Source: an uncultured virus (IMG/VR IMGVR_UViG_3300030106_006575) (lineage: Duplodnaviria > Heunggongvirae > Uroviricota > Caudoviricetes). Taken from it: a stretch of 44,682 bases of DNA. A program made the position numbers and the translations under genes. This document shows, piece by piece, positions 37,898 through 44,682 of this stretch (its first letter is position 1; each line of letters begins with the position of its first letter). The notes beneath the pieces were generated by a model. The model was not told the origin of the DNA, searched no databases, and saw nothing but the letters and a program-made list of their open reading frames with translations. The stretch is taken from IMG/VR virus record IMGVR_UViG_3300030106_006575, one strand, 5' to 3'.

Positions 37898-38950
37898 ATG
37901 TCAACAATGTTAGAACAAGCTTTAGTAGATGCATCAGCACTTAAAGAGGCAGCGTTAAAAAACGCTGAATCTGCTATATTAGAAAGGTATGCTGCCGAAG
38001 TGAAAAACACTATGGATAGCCTTTTGGAGGTGGACGAGGATCTGGACCTACAGATGGCTCCTCCCACACCCGAAGACGAGATACCCGATGCTGCAACGGA
38101 AGGTGAGTCAGCCTGTCCTTGCCCAGATAAGGAGGAGGTTGTAACACTCTCTTTCTCTCTGGACGACCTTAAAGACGCTTACGATGCTCTAGATCCTATG
38201 GAAGAGCCGCAAGACTCTGAGGAGCTTGCAGCCGAGTTCGACGCTGAAGTCGAAGACGAAGAGATTCCTCTAGAACTGCAAGAAGAGGTCGAGATCGATG
38301 AAGAACTTCTCTTTGAATATCCCGAAGAGGCTGAAGAGACAGTTATCGAGGCAAAAGATGAAGAAACCCTTCCTGGAGATGTCGACATCGACAAGCTGGT
38401 TGAGGAAGTTATTGTCGACCTCGCTGGAGATGAACTGACTGGCTGGGCAGGGCGCCCCGGATCAGATATCGAATACGCCAAAGAAATTAGATTAGCACGA
38501 CTTGCTGCGACCGAAGAAAAAGAAAAGGTAGCACAACTTAATGCAGCCATCCAAGAGCTGTCAGAGTCAAGCAAAGCCGTAGCTGATGAAAACAAGAATC
38601 TCAAGCAAATGCTTGTGACCATGAAAGAGAAGCTTGAAGAAGTTAATCTTTCAAATGCAAAATTGCTTTATATGAATCGGACATTGAATAGTCCCTCCCT
38701 GAATGAGCGGCAAAAAACTAAAATTGTCGAATCTATTCAGAATTCTGATTCAGTTGAAGAAGCGAAGGTAATCTATGAAACCCTTCAAAGCGCAGTGGGC
38801 TCTTCCAAGAAGCAGCCAGAATCACTTCGTGAAGCAATCAAGAGACCTTCATTATCCATACCAAGAAGAAGGGGGCAAACTACAGAAAAGCAAGCTATTC
38901 TGAAAGAGCGCTTCCAACGCTTGGCGGGTATTCCAAAAACTGATAAATAA
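37898..38950 (+). CDS. Prohead core/scaffold protein (gp22-like position)
   Basis: Very acidic, coiled-coil, directly upstream of the capsid gene; ends FQRLAGI. Confidence 0.75.
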   Translation: MSTMLEQALVDASALKEAALKNAESAILERYAAEVKNTMDSLLEVDEDLDLQMAPPTPEDEIPDAATEGESACPCPDKEEVVTLSFSLDDLKDAYDALDPMEEPQDSEELAAEFDAEVEDEEIPLELQEEVEIDEELLFEYPEEAEETVIEAKDEETLPGDVDIDKLVEEVIVDLAGDELTGWAGRPGSDIEYAKEIRLARLAATEEKEKVAQLNAAIQELSESSKAVADENKNLKQMLVTMKEKLEEVNLSNAKLLYMNRTLNSPSLNERQKTKIVESIQNSDSVEEAKVIYETLQSAVGSSKKQPESLREAIKRPSLSIPRRRGQTTEKQAILKERFQRLAGIPKTDK

Positions 38951-38982
38951 TCATAATTTAAACAAAAAAGGAGGTGATAAAA

Positions 38983-40851
38983 ATGTCAGTATTAGATAAA
39001 CTAACTGAGGGGATCGTATCTCGCGATCTCCGCCAAGAAGGCGCAGCACTGCTCTCTAAATGGGAAAAGACTGGTCTCCTTGAAGGTCTTGAACAGGATA
39101 ATCTCCGTCAAGGCATGGCACGCTTGCTTGAAAACCAAGCTGCTCAGCTTCTGAAAGAAGCTTCCACAATGGCAGGTGGAAACGTCGAAGGCTTTGCTTC
39201 CGTCGCATTCCCACTCGTCCGTCGTGTTTTCGGTGGTCTTTTGGCCAACGATGTTGTCTCGGTTCAGCCGATGAGTTTGCCCTCGGGTCTCATCTTCTTC
39301 CTTGACTTCACTCACAACACCCAAAACGTTTATGGCGCACCTAACCAATCTGTTTACGGTGGTGGCGTGAAAGGGTTCGAGATCACTGGTGGTGTTAACC
39401 TCGGTTACGAAGGTAACAGAACTGTCGACGCTGCTGGCGGCGACCCGGGCTCGGAACACGATATTGATACCGGTTTCTATAACCTTTCGACAGGCTATTC
39501 TTCCCCAACTGCTTCATTGACAGTCGAGGACGAGCACTGGGACGCTTACGCTCCTGGTGGCGGAACAGGCACGGCTTTGATCGACCTTAACGCTCCTAGC
39601 GAAAACGCGAAGAAAGTTCTTCGTTATGACCCAGATGTTCTTGGTCTTGGTGATGGGCACAGTGCCTATATTATTATGACTGAGTTGAGCCAGTTCGAGA
39701 ATGTTAGCAGTAGTGGATTGTTCTTGAACAAAGGAAACCTCATTATGGTTTCAGCTTCTTTGGGCTCCGGTGAGACAATCATCGAGGCTGGTAGTGCACA
39801 ACAAGTTCGTCGATTGAACGCTCTTGGTAGCTCCAATCATCACCCGGCTGAAGCTGCATGGGATGGAACGGAAACCCAGCTTTACTTGACGTTTGTTGGT
39901 GTTGACGCAGCATTCGGTACCACAGTGGTTGGAGATGCAGCCGACGCTGTTAGCCACGACGTTGTTGTTCATTTCCCGCTTGCGGACAACTTTGCTGGAG
40001 ATCCTCCCGGACGCGCTTCGACCGATCATGTCGGCGTTGTTGCAGCCGCAGATCACTGGGCTCTCGAAAACGAGAACACCATTCCAGAGATCGACATCAA
40101 GGTTGACAGCGTTGCAGTCACCGCGATGACCAAGAAGCTGAAAGCTAAGTGGACTCCGGAATTGGGACAAGATCTCAACGCCTACCACAACTTGGATGCA
40201 GAGGTTGAGTTGACCTCGATTCTCTCTGAGCAAATTGCTCTTGAGATCGATAAGGAAATCCTTAACGACCTGATCTCAGGTGCCACAGCTGGTACATTGT
40301 ACTGGTCACGTTCGCCTGGTTTGTTCGTGAACAAGGAAACTGGTGCTGAAATCGGTGCAACTTCGGCTGCTCCTGACTTCACCGGTACCGTGTCAGAGTG
40401 GTACGAGACTCTCATGGAGACCATCAATGATGTGTCTGCTAGAATCCACCGCAAGACTCTTCGGGGTGGAGCCAACTTCGTGATTTGTTCACCAGAAGTT
40501 GCTTCTATCCTTGAGTTCACTGCTGGCTTCCGTGCAGCCGTCACTGTTGACGATGGTGGATCCATCGGCGCAGTCAAGACTGGTTCTCTCTCCAAGAAGT
40601 TCGATGTTTACGTCGATCCTTACTTCCCACGTCAGGTTATTCTTATCGGACGCAAGGGCGGTAGCTTCCTTGAGAGCGGTTATGTCTACGCTCCATACGT
40701 TCCGTTGCAAGTCACTCCGACTATTTTCGGTGTTGAGGACTTCGTGCCCCGCAAGGGCGTGATGACTCGCTACGCCAAGAAAATGGTTCGTGGCGACATG
40801 TACGGTCTTGTTATCGTTCGCGGTCTGATTGGTGAGTCTGGCGCTAGCTAA
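38983..40851 (+). CDS. gp23: Major capsid protein (T4 gp23-like)
   Basis: LLENQ, PLVRRVF, VQPMSLPSGLIF, KLKAKWTPELGQDLNAYH, EIDKEI, YAPYVPL, GVMTRY; AAGGAGGTGA SD favours ATG 38983. Confidence 0.96.
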   Translation: MSVLDKLTEGIVSRDLRQEGAALLSKWEKTGLLEGLEQDNLRQGMARLLENQAAQLLKEASTMAGGNVEGFASVAFPLVRRVFGGLLANDVVSVQPMSLPSGLIFFLDFTHNTQNVYGAPNQSVYGGGVKGFEITGGVNLGYEGNRTVDAAGGDPGSEHDIDTGFYNLSTGYSSPTASLTVEDEHWDAYAPGGGTGTALIDLNAPSENAKKVLRYDPDVLGLGDGHSAYIIMTELSQFENVSSSGLFLNKGNLIMVSASLGSGETIIEAGSAQQVRRLNALGSSNHHPAEAAWDGTETQLYLTFVGVDAAFGTTVVGDAADAVSHDVVVHFPLADNFAGDPPGRASTDHVGVVAAADHWALENENTIPEIDIKVDSVAVTAMTKKLKAKWTPELGQDLNAYHNLDAEVELTSILSEQIALEIDKEILNDLISGATAGTLYWSRSPGLFVNKETGAEIGATSAAPDFTGTVSEWYETLMETINDVSARIHRKTLRGGANFVICSPEVASILEFTAGFRAAVTVDDGGSIGAVKTGSLSKKFDVYVDPYFPRQVILIGRKGGSFLESGYVYAPYVPLQVTPTIFGVEDFVPRKGVMTRYAKKMVRGDMYGLVIVRGLIGESGAS

Positions 40852-40876
40852 TAGCTAACCCGTCTTACTGAAAGAC

Positions 40877-40910
40877 AAACCCTGCCTTTTTTAAGGCAGG
40901 GTTTTTTTTT
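40877..40910 (+). terminator. Strong Rho-independent terminator after the capsid gene
   Basis: AAACCCTGCCTT-TTTT-AAGGCAGGGTTT plus T run. Confidence 0.92.
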
Positions 40911-40938
40911 ATTACATGTCCTTTTTCAAAGATACGAT

Positions 40939-40948
40939 ACTATTTATA
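40939..40948 (+). promoter_or_regulatory. Putative late promoter
   Basis: ACTATTTATA right after the terminator. Confidence 0.65.
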
Positions 40949-40997
40949 AGTGAAGATGGGTATTGAAGCTCCATCAAATAATAGGAGATTTTTTAAT

Positions 40998-41441
40998 ATG
41001 GCTAAATTAGGAAGATACGCGGCGAACAGGATTAAAATACAAGAAAAAACCGCTGATTATACCATTCAGGTTGCCGAATGCGGTACATTGTTTGTAGTAA
41101 ACCCGACTGCCGATACAACTTTAACTTTGCCAGCCCCATCCGTGGCCGGCAAGGGTTGGTGGGTTGAGGTAATGATCGACGAAGAAGATGGCGGAACAGT
41201 GGACAAAGATGTCAACATTAATGTTGCTGACGGCACCTTTTTTACCGGTCTTTTGACTGCTGCTGATGGCGGCGGTGCATCAATCGGAAACGGCACTTCT
41301 AACGATTTCATTCGTTTTGACGAAGGCGCAGCGACATCAGGCGAGCTGGTTCGCATAGTAAGCTTGGGTGATCGATATGTGGCACACGGTGGTATCGTGG
41401 ACGCAACTGATACTTCATTCGGTGACGCAGCACTAAGTTAA
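40998..41441 (+). CDS. Small beta-rich virion protein (possible head decoration)
   Basis: AGGAG SD at 40983-40987 favours ATG 40998; has its own promoter and terminator. Confidence 0.55.
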   Translation: MAKLGRYAANRIKIQEKTADYTIQVAECGTLFVVNPTADTTLTLPAPSVAGKGWWVEVMIDEEDGGTVDKDVNINVADGTFFTGLLTAADGGGASIGNGTSNDFIRFDEGAATSGELVRIVSLGDRYVAHGGIVDATDTSFGDAALS

Positions 41442-41464
41442 TAAATTACTCATATTTATTAATC

Positions 41465-41500
41465 AAACCCCCTTCCTTTATTGGTTGGGGGTTTTGTTTT
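41465..41500 (+). terminator. Rho-independent terminator
   Basis: AAACCCCC..GGGGGTTT followed by TGTTTT. Confidence 0.75.
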
Positions 41501-41507
41501 ATAAAGA

Positions 41508-41516
41508 ACTATTTAT
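41508..41516 (+). promoter_or_regulatory. Putative late promoter
   Basis: ACTATTTAT immediately after the terminator, before AGGAG SD. Confidence 0.65.
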
Positions 41517-41539
41517 CTATGTAATAGGAGATCGTATGT

Positions 41540-42868
41540 ATGGCAGTCCCAAAGTTAACACCAAGTAGCACTACTAGCGCCGTTGTATTGCCCGCAACTG
41601 GAAGCACAACTGATGTAAAAGCAGCTTTGCCATTTGGAGTATATGATGATGTTGATTTTAAGTTGGGTGCCGCCGCTCAAGTTGCCTACACTTATAAGAA
41701 ACTCGGTGGTGATGTACTGGATATCGAGCTTAAAGCCGATAACGTTTATGCCGCATACGAAGAAGCCTGTTTAGAATACTCATATCAGATTAATATTCAC
41801 CAAGCTAAAAATGTCTTATCTGACTTGCTTGGTATGGCTACTGGAACATTCGATCACAAAGGTGAGCACCAGACTGGCAGCGCTCTAGACTCTGTTAGCG
41901 GATCCTTGGTCAATCTTAAGTATCCAAGATATAAGTTTAGTTATGCTCAAAGAGTTGCAGACGGCTTGGCTGAAGAAGCAGGTGTAGGCGGAAACCTAAT
42001 AGAATATTCGGCTTCCTTTTCATTGGTTAAGGGACAACAAGATTATGATCTGCAACAGATCATCTCCGGTTCTTCGATCACGACCGAGCCAGCTAGTAGC
42101 ACAGAAACTCAATATGGAACCGGAAGTATAGAAAACGCCGCAGGTAGCCTTAAAGCATCGCAACAAGATAGAATGAATCGCAAGTTTAAGATTCGTAGAG
42201 TCTTTTATAAAACACCTGCATCGGTTTGGAGGTTCTACGGCTATTATGGTGGGCTTAATGTAGTTGGAAACCTAAACCATTATGGTCAGTTTGCAGACGA
42301 TACAACGTTCGAACTCATACCGGCTTGGCAGAATAAGCTCCAAGCTATGGCATTCGAGGATCATATGTACACAAGGTTGTCACACTATTCATTCGAGATT
42401 CATAATAATAGGTTAAGACTATTTCCTATACCACAAGCTGAGATACCAAAAGATATGTGGGTCACATTTACAATGCATCGCGATGCGTGGGAAGAGGATT
42501 CAGATAGGAAAACAGGCGTGGCTGGCATCAATAATATGAATACATTGCCGTTCCCTAACGTGCCCTACAAGAACATCAACTCAATAGGTAAGCAGTGGAT
42601 ACGTCGATATGCTTTGGCGCTAACCAAAGAGATCCTGGGGCAAATAAGGGGCAAGTTTACAACGATCCCCATCCCGGGCGAATCGGTTACCTTAAACGCA
42701 TCAGACCTGTTATCTCAAGCAAAAGAGGAACAGGCATCACTTAAAGAAGAACTTAAAACAGTGCTGGATCAGATGACCTATAAAGCTCTGGCGGAGCAAG
42801 ATGCAGCAATGGTTGCCGCCATTGATACTGTCTATCAGGAGATACCGCTTGCAATTTTCCAGGGGTGA
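41540..42868 (+). CDS. Neck/head-tail adaptor protein (gp13-like)
   Basis: KKLGGDVLDIEL, WIRRYALALTKEILGQIRGKF..IPGESVTLN, EELK; position after the capsid gene. Confidence 0.8.
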   Translation: MAVPKLTPSSTTSAVVLPATGSTTDVKAALPFGVYDDVDFKLGAAAQVAYTYKKLGGDVLDIELKADNVYAAYEEACLEYSYQINIHQAKNVLSDLLGMATGTFDHKGEHQTGSALDSVSGSLVNLKYPRYKFSYAQRVADGLAEEAGVGGNLIEYSASFSLVKGQQDYDLQQIISGSSITTEPASSTETQYGTGSIENAAGSLKASQQDRMNRKFKIRRVFYKTPASVWRFYGYYGGLNVVGNLNHYGQFADDTTFELIPAWQNKLQAMAFEDHMYTRLSHYSFEIHNNRLRLFPIPQAEIPKDMWVTFTMHRDAWEEDSDRKTGVAGINNMNTLPFPNVPYKNINSIGKQWIRRYALALTKEILGQIRGKFTTIPIPGESVTLNASDLLSQAKEEQASLKEELKTVLDQMTYKALAEQDAAMVAAIDTVYQEIPLAIFQG

Positions 42869-42873
42869 ACTGA

Positions 42874-43371
42874 ATGTCCGAAAATGAAAAGAAATGGAAA
42901 CAGCCAGCACAGCCCCCTCCTCCCCTGTTTGTCGGGAAGAAGGAGCGCGATCTTGTTAAGCAAGTTAACGATGAGCTTATTGAACGCGTCATTGGACAAC
43001 AGATAGTCTATTATCCAATCGATTTATCAAAGACCGACTATCATTCTTTATATGGCGAGGCCATTACTAAATCCTTTTTGCCTCCCATAAGAATATATGC
43101 CTTGGTCGAGTATGAGGGAATCCAGACAAAGTTCGAATCTAATGTCGGTATGGATAAGCAAGCTTCTATTACGATTCATTTTCACAAGCGAAGATTGACA
43201 GAAGATCAGGATGTTTTTGTTCGTGAAGGAGATTTTGTATTGTATGGAAGCATATATTATGAGATAGTTACTTTGGATGAGCCAAGGCAGATATTTGGGC
43301 AGGTTGATCACAAGATGGAAGTGGTTGCTAAATGTGTGGTTGCAAGAGAGGGACTATTCGATGCCAAGTAA
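42874..43371 (+). CDS. Neck/head closure protein (gp14-like)
   Basis: GQQIVYY, LYGE, REGDFV..YYEI; synteny. Confidence 0.7.
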   Translation: MSENEKKWKQPAQPPPPLFVGKKERDLVKQVNDELIERVIGQQIVYYPIDLSKTDYHSLYGEAITKSFLPPIRIYALVEYEGIQTKFESNVGMDKQASITIHFHKRRLTEDQDVFVREGDFVLYGSIYYEIVTLDEPRQIFGQVDHKMEVVAKCVVAREGLFDAK

Positions 43372-44287
43372 AAAATATAATAGAGAATATACCGAAGTTA
43401 AAGATGCAGACGGAAAGCTTAAAGAAATTACTTTTATGCCCTCCACAATCGAGACTATTGATCAGGCTTTCTTTAACTGGGTTGATGAAACAATGAATCC
43501 TTCTTCGACCACGAACAAGGGGTTTAAAAAGGTGCCTGTTATTTGGGTCACTGCCGAGCGAGCCCATCATATAAAGAAAGATAAAGACATTAGAGATGCG
43601 AACGGTGTTCTCAAATTCCCATTAATGATTGTTAGTAGAGCATCTTTGGTGAAGGATCCAGCGTTTAAAGGCGTGGCTTGGGCTAATATCCCATTGCTAA
43701 ACGATGGATTGAGGGGTGTTCGAGGTGGAGCGATCACTCATTCGAGAAGAATCAACCAAGAAAAGACTTCTAATTTTATAAATGCCGATTCTAGAAGAAA
43801 GTTTGGCACCCTTGGCTCAGCAGCAGTCGGCCATGGACAGGAGAACTTTCCATTCGACAATCCAGGAAAAGTTGTATATGAAACGATTACTGTGCCAATG
43901 CCAACATACGTGGCAGCTACTTATGAAGTTATAGTGCGAACTAACTACCAACAACAACTAAATGAAATAACGACACCATTTATGACAATAACGGGACAGA
44001 TTAATAACTTCTTTATAAAACACGAAGGTCACCGTTTTGAAGGATTCATCCAGCAAGACTTTCAACAAGCAAAAACTATTGTTGGAGATGAAGAGGCTTC
44101 ATACGAGGCAAAAATTGAATTTAAAATATTGGGATATCTCTTGGGTGGTGGCATTAACGACGAGCGCCCAAAGATCGCGATTAGAGAGAACGCAGTTCAG
44201 ATTAGGATGCCTAGAGAGCGTGTTATCGTGGGTGATATACCAGAGCACAATCCCAAGAAAGGTATACGTTCTTTTTATAAAGACTAA
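43361..44287 (+). CDS. Tail completion/terminator protein (gp15-like)
   Basis: KVPVIW..ER, LKFPLM, PMPTYV..YEV; lies between neck and sheath; ATG 43361 preferred. Confidence 0.65.
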   Translation: MPSKKYNREYTEVKDADGKLKEITFMPSTIETIDQAFFNWVDETMNPSSTTNKGFKKVPVIWVTAERAHHIKKDKDIRDANGVLKFPLMIVSRASLVKDPAFKGVAWANIPLLNDGLRGVRGGAITHSRRINQEKTSNFINADSRRKFGTLGSAAVGHGQENFPFDNPGKVVYETITVPMPTYVAATYEVIVRTNYQQQLNEITTPFMTITGQINNFFIKHEGHRFEGFIQQDFQQAKTIVGDEEASYEAKIEFKILGYLLGGGINDERPKIAIRENAVQIRMPRERVIVGDIPEHNPKKGIRSFYKD

Positions 44288-44335
44288 TTTGGCCTTTAGA
44301 CTATACAAATACTATTTATAATGTGAAAGGCTAAA
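44288..44335 (+). promoter_or_regulatory. Putative late promoter flanked by an inverted repeat
   Basis: ACTATTTATA 44311-44320 between TTTGGCCTTT 44288-44297 and AAAGGCTAAA 44326-44335. Confidence 0.6.
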
Positions 44336-44385
44336 TATAAATAGAGCTTTATACCTAAAAAATACGGACTATAGGAGAGCCATAA

Positions 44386-44682
44386 ATGTCATCAGAATTA
44401 GCAAGAAAATTTAGATTTGTATCCCCGGGGATTTTTCTTCGAGAAGTTGATAACTCTCGATTGCCCGCGATAGCAGATGCAGTCGGACCAACAATCATAG
44501 GTCGATATGCCCAAGGTCCAGCAATGAGACCTCAGAAGATTCGTTCATTAGCAGAATTTGTTGAGACGTATGGTAATCCAATCCCAGGATCTTCCGGTGG
44601 CGATGGCTGGCGCGAAGGAAATACGACCGGTCCAACTTACGCTGCTTATGCCGCATTCGCTTGGTTGAATGCTGGTGTGGCT
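44386..44682 (+). CDS. gp18: Tail sheath protein (gp18-like), 3'-truncated
   Basis: My translation: MSSELARKFRFVSPGIFLREVDNS..IIGRYAQGPAMRPQKIRSLAEFVETYGNP, the sheath SPG..E.D / GP..P / F..YG.P pattern; AGGAG SD. Confidence 0.88.
   Translation, partial: MSSELARKFRFVSPGIFLREVDNSRLPAIADAVGPTIIGRYAQGPAMRPQKIRSLAEFVETYGNPIPGSSGGDGWREGNTTGPTYAAYAAFAWLNAGVA

Noticed and set aside
40852..40997. tRNA or other structured RNA gene in intergenic gaps
   Set aside because: Gaps are short and explained by terminators and promoters; no cloverleaf or T-loop consensus seen, including no tRNA-Sec in this window.
1..44682. Genome-wide stop-codon reassignment (TGA to Trp/Gly or TAG to Gln)
   Set aside because: Long genes are intact in the standard code, and TGA and TAG end genes at normal junctions (ATGA overlaps at 19896, 24910, 25549; TAG at 6362, 14196, 37443). 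The TGA at 20326 is an isolated case.

Overview
Fragment of a large tailed (T4-like, myovirus-type) dsDNA phage genome; all credible genes are on the + strand, in the standard code, with strong Shine-Dalgarno sites. Gene order: very large baseplate/tail-type virion proteins (1-17.5 kb); RuvC-like resolvase and primase; an array of small proteins sharing an N-terminal MKITKxxLKxIIKEEL leader; a fused SbcD-SbcC nuclease; terminase, portal (broken by an assembly gap with two divergent C-terminal versions) and prohead protease; an accessory block (head-fibre-like protein, GAMT/Rmt2-like methyltransferase, DNRLRE-like protein, ribosomal protein bS21); then scaffold, major capsid, neck, tail completion and the start of the tail sheath. 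The most striking signal is a gene the ORF track splits (20215-20733). It has an in-frame TGA in a His-Leu-TGA context followed by a hairpin with bacterial SECIS geometry, so it is a candidate phage-encoded, probably capsid-targeted selenoprotein. Also notable: two promoter classes (ACTATTTA before virion genes, TTGACA-N17/18-TAnnnn before replication genes) and a Cys-Cys mini-ORF plus terminator in frame with the prohead protease. All family assignments come from motif recognition by eye; no searches were run.
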